In this document: in pieces, positions 1-47,942 of the stretch
How positions within the stretch are numbered: the stretch's first letter is position 1
Layout of the letters: each line of letters opens with the position of its first letter
NCBI RefSeq assembly: GCF_009914755.1
Contig: NC_060934.1
Length of the DNA: 64,000 bases
Origin: the human T2T-CHM13v2.0 reference genome, Homo sapiens
Reading direction: 5' to 3' (one strand)
Notes under the pieces: generated by a model
Seen by the model: only the letters and a program-made list of their open reading frames with translations
What the model was told of the DNA's origin: nothing
Databases searched by the model: none
Translations under genes and position numbers: made by a program

Positions 1-55
1 AACAGAAAACTTCCTTTATCATCTAGCAGCAGCCGAACAAATGCTGAAAATCTGA
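1..55 (+). CDS. DENND10: C-terminal end of DENN domain-containing protein 10 (FAM45A), last exon, partial
   Basis: Frame from nt 2 reads TENFLYHLAAAEQMLKI then TGA (53-55). This matches the remembered FAM45A C-terminus and the known gene order next to SFXN4. Confidence 0.85.
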   Translation, partial: TENFLYHLAAAEQMLKI

Positions 56-1161
56 CTGTGTGACAGAACGTATCACTGATGACTGATAGAAAGCCCTCTT
101 TCACTCTGATTACCCACTCACTACATGAAGTCCTGAAAATAACAGAGAAACTGTTATATCTTTTTAATGATTTATTTGCAAGTATTGAGATTTGACCTGA
201 AAAACAATGAAACACATGAACACACTTCCGATTTTCTCCTCGCTGATTAGCTTCCTGCCTGCTGTCAGTGCTGGACGAAGTGCTATAACTACTTTATGTA
301 ACATTACAGAACAGCTAGAGGTCCTGGGGTAAGAGAAAAAAAGCACATCACAACAAATGTGAAAGCCTTCATTATTACACGTTCCAGTTTGTCTCGCTGT
401 GTAGGCATAAGCTAATGGTTTATTTTCAGAAAGCTGCCTGAAACGTTGCTTTGTATTCTTCTAGGAAGAACTTTAATTCCTCCTGAGGAACTCTACTTTC
501 TGAGCCAAACTGCTAATTTTCTGCGGAACTGTCTAGAAGATCATTCAAGAGACCCTGCAGTTGCACTTTCTCGTAAAAGTTAAAAAAAAAAAAAAAAAAA
601 AAGGTTTTTCCCGGCCTTTGAACATTTTGCCTATGAGAGTTTTGCATATATTTTATACTTGAGTAGACAACTTTAATAATCCATATTTATACTATCGCAG
701 AAGTAAGCATTTGGCAAACGTTCAGCCATTAGCACTCATTTAACCCTGTTAGCAATATTCTTTTGAAAAAAGTGCCAGTCCTTATGTGATAAACTAAGAA
801 GCCCATTGAATATAAAAGTGTGTAGGACTGAAACAGTGACCTTATATTATTGCTAAGGGAATATGAGATTAACTTCCTACAGGGGCCAAAACCAGAGAAA
901 GGCTTCCAGCAACTTCGATGAAAGTAGTTTGGCCACATGTCAAGCCAATTGTTTGTACTATTTATGTACCTTTTTCATAACTGGAATTGCCAAATAAGCA
1001 TGGAGATCTAAATGATGTACTTGTTAGTGTATTCATTCATATTGACTGTAAAGGATTATTTTTCACTCAGTACCGATGTCCTTGGAAATCTTACCTGGAA
1101 ACATGTTTGCAAAAAACATTATTGGGTCTTTCATCTTTTTCTTGGTATTACATATTTGTTC

Positions 1162-1167
1162 AATAAA
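1162..1167 (+). terminator. Polyadenylation signal AATAAA (DENND10, proximal)
   Basis: AATAAA followed by ATTAAA and a downstream T-rich run. Confidence 0.6.
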
Positions 1168-1363
1168 AATTAAACACCCTCCCTTTTTTTTGAGTGAGGG
1201 CAGGGAGTACCTGAAATAAGACAATGTTTACTAAGGCAAATAATTGAAAATTAAATCTGCACTTTATGGAAATGAGAAATATTAACATCTTTTTTCTCAT
1301 TTTTTTGTATTACTATATTAGCTAATGATCAAAGTTGTTAAAATTATAAATTTATGATGCAGA

Positions 1364-1369
1364 AATAAA
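1364..1369 (+). terminator. Polyadenylation signal AATAAA (DENND10, distal candidate)
   Basis: AATAAA with T/GT-rich sequence downstream. Confidence 0.45.
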
Positions 1370-1527
1370 ATTGATATATTTTGATATTCAACTACTTTTA
1401 GGTGGGTGACGAATTGTCCCCTCTTTCTCTAATACTGCTCATTCCAAAGAAAATGGGGAAAAAATACCTTTTTTCAACTGTGAGGGCGCTAGGGAATTAT
1501 TAAAAGACCTGTCTGAAAGTTCAAGAT

Positions 1528-1841
<314 letters not shown>

Positions 1842-2189
1842 TCAAGCCGCCCCCCACACACCCTTTCCTCCCGCCCTAGCCCTCCTCCACTCGCCTTCCT
1901 GGAGCTGCCTCTGTAACTTCAGTCTCCTGTCCTTGGAAGATGCCTTCACATTTCTGTCATCTGTTAGCGGTTAAACCTCCACCTGCAGCTGTTGCCCATC
2001 TTGTTCTCTAACTTTAATTTTGGTTAGTGTCAGCCTATGGTCAAACTGAGCCATTTACTGATTTTGTCCTTTTAGGCTGTTAATGAAACTTTCCTCACCA
2101 AATTTGGAAATGAACCATCATACTGGCCTTGGGGAAACAAAACCACAGATAAATTCTTTGGTAATGTGGGGTAGGGTGTGTTGGAAGCA

Positions 2190-3430
2190 TTAGTCCAGTA
2201 CTCAAATGTTGAGGTACCTACTCTGTGCCATGCCTGTGTTGTATTTTGAACTACCCTGATGGGCAGCAGCTCCCGCTCTCGCGGTGCTGCGCACAGTCCG
2301 CTTGGGGAATAGGGTCAGCAAACAGGCTGCTGTAGTGTGGCTAGTGCTAGGCGTGATGTGTGAAACAGAGTGGTATTGGAGCACATAGATGGGGACCCAG
2401 TTCAGTGCTGTCAATCCTGGAAGGCCTCCCAGAGGGAGTGATCAATGTCAAAGTCAGGCCTGAAGCATTAAGTAGACATCTACTCAGACCAGAGGAAACA
2501 GCTGTGTGAAGGCCCTGAGAAGAGACCACAGCCCATGTGAGGACCTGGAGGGTCTACAGGGAGGGGAGGGAGTGGCAGGATACGAGTATGGGAAAGGCTT
2601 GCTGTGGTGAGGAAGGTGGGCTTGATCTTGACGCACTGGGAAGCCATTTAAGGCTTTTCAGGCCCGGTGCGGTGCTCAGGCCTGTAATCCCAGCACTTAA
2701 AGAGGCCAAGGTGGGTGGATCGCGGGGACAGGAGATGACAGCCTGGCCAACATGGTGAAACCCCATCTCTACTTAAAAAAAGCAAAACAAAAATTAGCTG
2801 GACGTGGTGGCTGGTACATGCCTGTAGTCCCAGCTACTCAGGAGGCTGAGGCACAAGAATCACTTGAACCCAGGAGGTGGAGGTTGCAGTGAGCCAAGAT
2901 CGCGCCACTGCACTCTACACTCCAGCCTGGGTGACAGAGTGAGACTCCGTCTCAAAAGAAAAAAAAACAGTTGTTCAGCAGGTGTGGTTTAGAAGAGCAG
3001 GCTGGAACGTGGACCGGAGGGAGTAGGCAGGAGATGGGCCAGGCAGTGCCAGCAGGGGATGCTGTTGGACTGCGCTGGGTGGTAGCAGTGGGCATATGTG
3101 GGTTCCAGACTCCATGTACTGGGCCCTGTCTACTGCATAGGCTGGTAAGGTGGGGAGAGGGCGCCTCCAGTGATCCTGTCTGGTGCACCTGGGGAGGTGG
3201 TGGTGTCAATTCCTGAGACTGGGAGGGAGAGCTGATCTCAGGTTCGGATGGGTTGAGTTTGAGGTGTCTGGGACATCCAAATGGCAAAGTACAGCCAAGT
3301 AAGCAGCTCAGTGACCAGCCTGAGTGCCCAGCAGTGTGGCAGTGCCACATTCAGGTGGGTCACGGATGAGAGAAATCTTAGCAGAACGGGAGGTGGGGTG
3401 GAGACAGTGAGGGCGGACAACTCTTTTAAA
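2190..3430 (-). mobile_element. L2 fragment interrupted by an Alu (2661-2968)
   Basis: ttgaggtacctactctgtgcca ... gttgagtttgaggtgtctgggacatccaaatgg. Confidence 0.5.
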
Positions 3431-3938
3431 GTGTCTGGCTACAGCCAGGCGTGGTGACAGGCGCCTGTAGTCCCAGCCACTCAGGAGGCTGAGGCAGGTG
3501 GGTCCTCATTGAGCCCAGGAGTTCAAGGCTGCAGTGAGCTGATTGTGCCAGTGCACTCCAACCTGGGTGACAGCAAGATCCTGTCTCTAATGAGGCAGGT
3601 GACAAGCAGTTTATTTCTTTTTGAGACACAGTCGTTCTATTGCCTAGGCTGGAGTGCAATGGCATGACGTCAGCTCACTGCAACCTCCGCCACCAGGGTT
3701 CAAGTGATTCTCCTGCCTCAGCCTCCTGAGTGGCTTGGACTACAGGTGCGCAACACCACGCCTGGCTGATTTTTATATTTTTAGTAGACACGGGGTTTTA
3801 CCATGTTGGCCAGGCTGGTCTCGAACTCCTGACCTCAGGTGATCCACTGACCTCAGGCGATCCACTGACCTCAGGCGATCCACTGGCCTCAGCCTCCCAA
3901 AGTGCTGGGATTACAGGCGTGAGCCACCGCGCCTGGCC
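2661..3938. mobile_element. Alus 2661-2968(+), 3443-3590(+, monomer), 3615-3938(-)
   Basis: Alu consensus matches. Confidence 0.85.
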
Positions 3939-4352
3939 GACAAGTAGTTTACATACTTCTGGGAAGGACCTGGCAGACAGAGGCTACAGAGCACAGCCCT
4001 GAGGAAGCAGAGAGAGGCCCAGAGCCTGGAGGACGCTGGCATTACACGGAGGAAGGATGGGTGTGGGTGCGGGTGTGGGGGGCTCCACTGCTGACCTGTT
4101 TCCTGGCGGAGGAGGCAGGGTCCTTTGCCAGAGAGGAGAAAGGAGGCACTGGGCGGAGGGCGGCAAAGGTTTTAAGTAGCTGTCTAGAATGGAGGACACT
4201 GAGTAAGGAAACAAGATTGCTTTTGGGGTCGGAGGGCGTAAACAGCGCCCCAGGGGTACGTGTTCCGCTTGAGACGGCCTATCCATTTAACACCTGTGTC
4301 CTGGGCACGGTGGACTCTGTGTTCTTTCTTCAAATCCTCAACTTGAGACAGG

Positions 4353-4358
4353 TTTATT
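4353..4358 (-). terminator. SFXN4 polyadenylation signal
   Basis: tttatt on + (AATAAA on -), about 295 nt after the SFXN4 stop codon. Confidence 0.7.
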
Positions 4359-4650
4359 AGTTAATTAGTGATTTCACAGTATCCTTTCGCAGGCCGATCC
4401 CCACTCCAACCGTTCCCTCAGCAACCCCAGGGGTGTCAGACGGGGCACCCTCCCACTGTCTTCTCCAGCCAGCCTTAAAAACCCCAGAGACGCCAGCCTG
4501 GGAACGATCTCAGTATGGAATCTGAAGTCGCCTTGTCAGCACAGACACCTCTGGGGTCCCCAGAAGACCTGTGGCAAAGTTCTCTAAACCGAACCTGGAG
4601 AGGGGAAGGTTTTCAAGCAGGAACCACATAAATTCACCTAAAACTCACGC

Positions 4651-29061
<24,411 letters not shown>

Positions 29062-30099
29062 TTTGCGCTGGTTAGAGTGGCCGCCGCCGCCAGGCCGCGC
29101 GTGGAGGAGGAGCCGGGCGGCGAGCCCCGCCCCGGGCCGCGCGCACCCGCAGTTCCCGCCCCAGGCCCGCGCGCCCGACGTCCCGTGTCACAGCGCCTCG
29201 GGGCCCTTGCGCGCCCACTGTTCCGGCGAGCGCAGCTCTCCCACGGGCCACGTCCTCCCAACCCTGCTTGCCCTGCTCCGCACCTTTGGGGAGCCGGGCC
29301 GTCTCCAGGCCCCAAGGGGTCACTATCGGAACCCCTCATCACAGTACCTAATGCGAAGACCCGGAAAGGTTGTGAGTGAGGCCGTCCGCAACCTCACCCT
29401 GCGCTTCTGCCGCGCCCTACCCCTGGTCATTACCCTCGAAAATCCCTCCGATGGCCCACGAATTCCAGTGTGCATGGTGTTGCGCAGTCAGGCCGGCTGC
29501 ATCATGGTCTCAGCCCAGGGAAAATGTCAAATGCGGTGCCCCTTATTCATGTTACTGAGAATTTCAAGAGAGTAACACCAGAGCATCAAACCAAGTATAG
29601 GGCCCTGGGCACAGTGCACTATCCCTCAGCCCAACAGGTTGTTTTTTTTTTTCTTCCAGTGTTGGGGCAAATCCAGTTCCTTTTGTTGACTACCAAATAG
29701 GTACCATTTGTAAAGAAAAACCTGCCTTCCCTTCCTCCTCCCACCTGCCCTTCCCCAGCACAGGGCCAGGCGGGGGCTGTGTGCACTTAAATTCACGGAA
29801 GCCACAAGTGTGCCTAGGTCGTTCAGGGGGCCTCCGGAGTCCAGGACTGGGGGACCCAGCACATCATCTAGTTGTGTGACCCTCGCCAAGTCAGTATCTC
29901 GAAGTCTATTTTCCCATCCGCAAAATGAGGATAACAATTGTACCTATCTCAGGGTTTTGTTTCTGATCAAAGGAGATAAAACATCCCTAACACAGCACTG
30001 AGCCCTCAGAAGTGCTCAGTATTGGCCATTAACCTCCAGCGGGCCAATTCCTTCCCTTGCCCTGCGCCTCCAGGAACAGGAAATTGGCTCATGGCGTCC

Positions 30100-31070
30100 T
30101 TCAGGCCTGTATGACTCTGCTTCTGTATTTGCTCAGTTTGCCTAGCTCACTTTTCTTAACCTCCAGGGGTTTATCTCCTCTTCCAGGAAGCCTTCCCTGA
30201 CCCTCCGAGTTGAGTAAGGTGCCCCCTCCACTTCTACCCTTATGCCGCAGAAATCCATCTAAGCACCAGTGCAGTATGTAGCGTGCTGTTCTATTCTGTT
30301 GTCTCTACCCTCCAGGATGTCACAAAGCCAGCCCGCTGGCCTGCTTCCCCACTTTGGACTGCTATGTCCAGTCTTAACAAAGGAGCCAGAGTGATTCTCT
30401 TAGAACAAGTTGATGTCACTCTTCTTTTCAAATCCTTCCTGACATTCCCCACCCCAGAACAGAACCTAAAGTCCTTGGCCTGGCCAAAAGGCACTCTGGG
30501 ACCCCCACCACAGCCATAGTCACCGGCCTCCTAGTAAATCTGCATCCGCTCTGAGCCCACTCTTGCCTCACGGCCTTTGTGTTTTCCCTGCCCTCTGCCT
30601 AGAAGTCTCTTATCCCCATAATACTCTCACTTTCTACGCGTTTTCTCTCCCTCGATGCTCATCAAAACCCTGAGATAAGTACAATTATTGTCCTCATTTT
30701 ACAATGAGAAAATTGATCCAGAGAGGCTCTCCCTTAAGGCCTTCCTTGACAACCCCATCTAGAACACCTACAACTCCGCTTCAGCAGTTTCACTCCACAT
30801 TATTTTCCTTCCAAACACTCTACTTTTACTACATGTATGAGGTGTTTCCCCTCTAGAATGTAAGAGCTTAAAAGCAGGGGTTTGTCCGTTGTTCGCTCTT
30901 GTGCCTGGAAAACAGCACCTGGTGCGGGGTAGGCACTCAAGGATTTACTGAAACAACGAGAAAATGTTTCCCTATCTGTCTTGCCCCTAAACCGAGTTCC
31001 TTGAGTGCGGAACCAGCATCTTATTCTCTTTGTGGCCCCTGAGGTAAATGCTCAATAAATGTTTGTTGAT
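30100..31070 (+). mobile_element. L2/MIR fragments filling the PRDX3-SFXN4 intergenic gap
   Basis: ccaggaagccttccctga; ctagaatgtaag; gctcaataaatgtttgttg. Confidence 0.55.
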
Positions 31071-31149
31071 AATCTGAGAAGGAAAGGAGAGCCCAAAATA
31101 AGCTGATCCAACAGTTAATGGTGGTAAAATGCAAATGTTTTAAAATATG

Positions 31150-31155
31150 TTTATT
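31150..31155 (-). terminator. PRDX3 distal polyadenylation signal
   Basis: AATAAA on - at the end of an AT-rich UTR, about 740 nt after the stop. Confidence 0.75.
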
Positions 31156-31558
31156 TTGTATGTTTTACAATGAATACTTCAGCAAAGAAAATAATTATAA
31201 TTTCAAAATGCAATCCCTGGATTTGATAAATATCCTTTATAATCGATTACACTAATCAATATCTAGAAATATACATAGACAAAGTTAGCTAATGAATAAA
31301 ATAAGTAAAATGACTACATAAACTCAATTTCAGGGATGAGGGATCATGCATGATCAGTTAAGTCACTCTGCCACTTTTTAAAATAATACGATTCACATTT
31401 GCTTCAATCACATAAACATTCATTGCAGGAGTTACACGGCTAATCATTGAAAATTATGATCTTTGTTAGCTTAAAAGAAAATTCAGTTTAATACAAAGAC
31501 ATTCAAGATGAAAATTTCAGGACCGTTGATCAGAAGCTTTCAATGTGTGTTGCTCTAC

Positions 31559-31564
31559 TTTATT
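31559..31564 (-). terminator. PRDX3 proximal polyadenylation signal
   Basis: AATAAA on -, about 330 nt after the stop. Confidence 0.6.
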
Positions 31565-31895
31565 ATAGGCAAGATTCAAGTAAGGCTAAGAAAGAAGAGT
31601 GTTTCCATTGAGACATGATCTAAGAATAGCCTTCTATAGAGGCAAATTATGTTCTGTAGAAACTAGCTAGCCAGCCACCAAGATGTTACCAATAAACGAT
31701 TCCTTGTACTAGCAACTAACCATGTTTAAAAGGTCTTAGCCAGAATTACAAAAACAAAACATTTAGAGTAATACTTATGAATACAAGCATAATTGGTTCC
31801 TTGCCTTCTACAAATAACCATCTTGAAAATGATAAAAGCAGGTTTCAACTGTGGTTCTTCTCTCAGTTGAGAAGGTGCAGATACACATGGGTGAT

Positions 31896-42206
<10,311 letters not shown>

Positions 42207-42789
42207 CTTCAGTGCACTCGGGCGCCACGGGGCGGGCAGAGACGCAGGGGCGGGGCCTACGGGGTGGTGAGCGGGCCCTCTGCTGGTGGGGGGGCGGGGC
42301 CGGAGGAGCCACCGCCTCCCCGCCTCCTGGAGACCCTGAGGGAGAAATTCCCTTTAAGGCTGAATGCTTGGGCAAGTGACACGTGGTTTTCCTACTGTCG
42401 CCCCAACCTTAAAAGAACGAATCCAGGCGGGGCATTAGGTATTTGTTTCCATATTTCCCACTGTTTTGTTAACCTTGTGTGGATTACTGTGTCTAGTATT
42501 TCTGTGACAGGATCCCTTTCTTATTTCAGCCTCAGGTAGAGACTTCCGGCTTCTGTATGAAATGGAATTAATTACAAATGCAGTTTTAGTCCGTTAATAA
42601 GCTAAGTGGGCTAGACACATCAAGGCTTTGTTGGCCTGAAATCCGCTGGAATTGTGTGTGGTCTAACATTTGGCCTCTCTTCCCAAAATTGGGAAAACTG
42701 GGACAAATTTAAAATTTGGTTTTTGTCTATTAATGAAGCCAAGTGTTCAGTGGTGAGCATAGTACTTGAAGCAACCACATCAAACATAG

Positions 42790-43013
<224 letters not shown>

Positions 43014-43071
43014 TGAGCAGCTGGGATTACAGCCGCCTGCCACCATGCCCAGTTAAGTTTTTGTATTTTAA

Positions 43072-43212
<141 letters not shown>

Positions 43213-43227
43213 TAGTCATTCAATTAG

Positions 43228-43521
<294 letters not shown>

Positions 43522-44138
43522 TGAACTCCTGACATCAGGTGATCCTCCCACCTTGGCCTCCCAAAGTGCTGGGATTACAGGCGTGAGCCACCACACCCAG
43601 CCCAGTATATTTTCTAAAATCATCTCAGGTACCACTAGGCGCCACCCTGGGTACCAGTCCCCAGATGTGGAAAGGACTGCCTTGGATGTGTGGGGACACA
43701 CGTTTCGACTATTTCACCTCACACCTTCCTTGTGTTTGTTTAATTGGTTTTAATTATGTCTGTGTTTAGCAGATGATTGAAAAGGAGACAATCATTTTGG
43801 AGCTCAAAATCGTACTGTAGGCCGGGCGCAGTGGCTCACATCTGTAATCCCAGCACTTTGGGAAGCTGAGGTGAGTGGATCACCTGAGGTAAGGAGTTCA
43901 AGACCAGCCTGACCAACATGGTGAAACCCTTTCTCTACTAAAAATTGCAAAATTAGCCGGGCATGCAAAATTAGCTGGGCATGGTGGTGCATACCTGTAA
44001 TCTCAGCCACTTGGGAGGCTGAGGCAGGAGAATCACTTTAACCTGGGAGGCAGAGGTTGCAGTGAGCCGAAATTGAACCAGTGCACTCCAGCCTCAGCAA
44101 CAAGATTGAAACTCCGTCTCAAAAAAAAAAAAAAAATA

Positions 44139-46800
44139 CTGTAGTTCACAATGGAATATTATTTATCCATAAAAGGAATGAAATACTGATATATGCTACA
44201 ACACAGATGAACTTTGAAAACACTAGCTAAGTGAAAGAAGCCAGACACAAAAGAACAAATAGTGTGTGTTTCCTTTTATATGAAACATCTAAAATAGGTA
44301 ATTCCAAAGGGACAGAAAGCAAATCAGCAATTGTTAGGGACTGGGAGAAGCTGGCATGGGGACTGACTATTTATTTTTTATTTTATTTATTTATTTTTGA
44401 GACAGAGTCTCCCTCTGTTGCCCAGGATGGAGTACAGTGATGCAATCTCAGCTCACTGCAACCTCAGCTCACTGCAACCTCTGCCTCCCAGATTCAAGCA
44501 ATCCTCCTGCCTCAGTCTCCCGAGTAGCTGGGACTACAGGTGTGACCACCATGCCCAGCTAATTTTTTTTTGTATTTTTTAGTAGAGACGGAGTTTCGCC
44601 ATGTTGGCCAGGCTGATCTCGAACTCTTGACCTCAAGTGATCTGCCTGCCTTGGCCTCCCACAGCGCTGGGATTACAGGTGTGAGCCAGTGCGCCCAGCC
44701 GGAACTATTTAGTAGGTACAGGATTTTCTTTTTTTTTTTTTTTTAATTTTATTTTTATTGATCATTCTTGGGTGTTTCTCACAGAGAGGGATTTGGCAGG
44801 GTCATAGGACAATAGTGGAGGGAAGGTCAGCAGATAAACAAGTAAACAAAGGTCTCTGGTTTTCCTAGGCAGAGGACCCTGAGGCCTTCTGCAGTGTTTG
44901 TGTCCCTGGGTACTTGAGATTAGGGAGTGGTGATGACTCTTAACGAGCATGCTGCCTTCAAGCATCTGTTTAACAAAGCACATCTTGCACCGCCCTTAAT
45001 CCATTTAACCCTGAGTGGACACAGCACATGTTTCAGAGAGCACAGGGTTGGGGGGTAAGGTCACAGATCAACAGGATCCCAAGGCAGAAGAATCTTTCTT
45101 AGTACAGAACAAAATGAAAATTCTCCCATGTGTACTTCTTTCCACACAGACACGGCAACCATCCGATTTCTCAATCTTTTCCCCACCTTTCCCCGCTTTC
45201 TATTCCACAAAACCACCATTGTCATCGTGGCCCGTTCTCAATGAGCTGTTGGGCACACCTCCCAGACGGGGTGGTGGCCGGGCAGAGGGGCTCCTCACTT
45301 CCCAGTAGGGGCAGCCGGGCAGAGGCGCCCCTCACCTCCCGGACGAGGCGGCTGGCTGGGCGGGGGGCTGACCCCCCCCACCTCCCTCCCGGACGGGGCG
45401 GCTGGCCGGGCGGGGGGCTGACCCCCCCCCACCTCCCTCCCGGACTGGGCGACTGGCCAGGTGGGGGGCTGACCCTCCCACCTCCCTCCCGGAAGGGGCG
45501 GCTGGCCGGGCAGAGGGGCTCCTCACTTCCCAGTAGGGGCGGCCGGGCAGAGGCGCCCCTCACCTCCCAGACGGGGCGGCTGGCCGGGCGGGGGGCTGAC
45601 CCCCCCACCTCCCTCCCGGACGGGGCGGCTGGCCGGGCGGGGGGGCTGAACCCCCCACCTCCCTCCCGGACGGAGCGGCTGGCCGGGCAGAGGGGCTCCT
45701 CACTTCCCAGTAGGGGCAGCTGGGCAGAGGCGCCCCTCACCTCCCGGACGGGGCGGCTGGCCGGGTGGGGGGCTGACCCCCCACCTCCCTCCCGGACAGG
45801 GCGGCTGCCGGGCGGAGACGCTCCTCACTTCTCAGACGGGGCGGCTGCCGGGCGGAGGGTCTCCTCACTTCTCAGACGGGGCGGTTGCCAGGCGGAGGGT
45901 CTCCTCCCTTCTCAGATGGGGTGGCTGGGCAGAGACGCTCCTCACCTCCCAGACGGGGTCGCGACCGGGCAGAGGCACTCCTCACATCTCAGACGGGGCG
46001 GTGGGGCAAAGGCACTCCCCACATCTCAGACGATGGGCGGCCGGGCAGAGACGCTCCTCACTTCCTAGATGGGATGGCGGCCGGGCAGAGACGCTCCTCA
46101 CTTTCCAGACTGGGCAGCCAGGCAGAGGGGCTCCTCACATCCCAGATGATGGGCGGCCAGGCAGAGACGCTCCTCACTTCCTAGACGGGGTGGCGGCCGG
46201 GCAGAGGCTGCACTCTGGGCACTTTGGGAGGCCAAGGCAGGCGGCTGGGAGGTGGAGGTTGTAGCGAGCCGAGATCACGCCACTGCACTCCAGCCTGGGC
46301 ACCATTGAGCACTGAGTGAACCAGACACCGTCTGCAATCCCGGCACCTCCGGAGGCCGAGGCTGGCGGATCACTCGCGGTTAGGAGCTGGAGGCCAGCCC
46401 AGCCAACACAGCGAAACCCCATCTCCACCAAAAAAATACGAAAACCAGTCAGGCGTGGCGGCGCGCCTGCAATCGCAGGCACTCGGCAGGCTGAGGCAGG
46501 AGAATCAGGCAGGGAGGTTGCAGTGAGCCGAGATGGCAGCAGTACCGTCCAGCTTCGGCTCGGCATCAGAGGGAGACCGTGGGGAGAGGGAGACCGTGGG
46601 GAGAGGGAGACCGTGGGGAGAGGGAGAGTAGGGAGAGGGAGAGGGAGAGGGAAGTCCAGGATTTTCTTTTGTGGTGATGAAAATGTTTTGGAACTAGATA
46701 GAGGTGGGTATAACATTATGAATTAACTAAATACCCCGAATTGTAAACTTTAAAATAATTAATTTTATATTTGGTGAATTTCACCTCAATTAAAAAAAAA
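44139..46800 (+). mobile_element. Old L1M 3' end interrupted by an Alu (44370-44700) and the SVA
   Basis: caatggaatattat...ataaaaggaatgaaatactgat...gaagccagacacaaaag resumes after the SVA as gtggtgatgaaaatgttttggaactagatag...cacctcaatt(A)n. Confidence 0.75.
44733..46651 (-). mobile_element. SVA retrotransposon, near full length (subfamily probably C or D, not determined)
   Basis: Read on -: CCCTCT hexamers (~46570-46651), Alu-like segment (~46206-46569), GC-rich VNTR (~45256-46205), SINE-R (~44760-45255), AATAAA (44754-44759), poly(A). TSD CAGGATTTTCTTTT at 44719-44732 and 46657-46670. Confidence 0.96.
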
Positions 46801-47837
46801 ATTAGAAAAAAGCCAGGCATGGTGGCTCATGCCTGTAATTGCAGCGCTTTGGAAAGCCAAGGTAGGAGGATCACTTTGTGCCCAGGGGTTTGAGACCAGC
46901 CTGGGCAACATAGCAAAACCCTGTCTCAAAAAAAAAAAAAAAAAAAGAAAGAAAAAGAAAAAGGAAAAGAAAAAAAAAAGAGAGAGAGAAAATGTAGAAG
47001 AAATAGGGACTAAAAACATTATATACTGTAGTCTACTCCAGTGATTTAATAGATCTAAAAGGCTCAGAAAACTGAGCCTTTTGGAGATGGAGAGACCTTC
47101 CCAAAATCACATCACTGGCTAGAAGCAGAGAGGTAGGGCAAGAACCCAGAAATTCCATACCACTGACCACCCAGCGTGTGTGTCTGATGGAGTTCAGCCT
47201 CAGCACCTTTTCCCCAGCCAACTCGTGAGATTACGTCATCCACACCCTCATCGTCTCCTCTTCTCCCTCATACTACAGGGTTGTTTTTTTGGTAGAAACA
47301 AGGTCTCGCTATCTTGCCCAGGCTGGCCTTGAACTCCTGACCTCAAGTGATCCTCCAGCTCCCAAAGTGCTGGGATTACAGGTATGAGCCACTGTCACAA
47401 CAGCCTGCAGTTTTAAAGTACTTAAGCTTCAGTAGCTCAAGTCAACAAAAGGGGAGGGGGGAGGGGGGCAAAGCCAAGCCAAGGGGTCGCCTTCTCTTCT
47501 CCTTATGCCCACAGCCCTTTGCCGCCCACCTCTCCCTTCCCCATGCTGGAGGGCCTCTTGCTCTCCTATTGTAGGCGCGTGTTTTTTAGTTCCTGCACAC
47601 AGGCAGTTTGGCTCATAACTAAACTTCACTATAAAAATGTAAAGCATGGTGCAAGTCAAAGCGACAGAGCAGAGTGGAGTTCCCTTAGAATTTCACCTCA
47701 CTCATCCTGGTTTCAGTTTTAAAGCTCAGATGCATTAGTTAGTGCCAGCTCATAGGCAGGGTTAGGCTTCAAGGTAACATTACTTGAGGGCCTCATAATT
47801 GGCTCTGAAAGCAATTCTTTTTTTTTTTTTTTTTTGA

Positions 47838-47942
<105 letters not shown>

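Larger units (their letters stand above)
56..1390 (+). other. DENND10: DENND10 3' UTR (end approximate)
   Basis: AT-rich, repeat-free sequence after the stop codon, with AATAAA at 1162 and 1364 and an internal A21 tract at 582-602. Confidence 0.65.

Noticed and set aside
45130-46726. 312-aa and overlapping ORFs
   Set aside because: Translations of the SVA VNTR and Alu-like region; SVA is non-autonomous and encodes no protein
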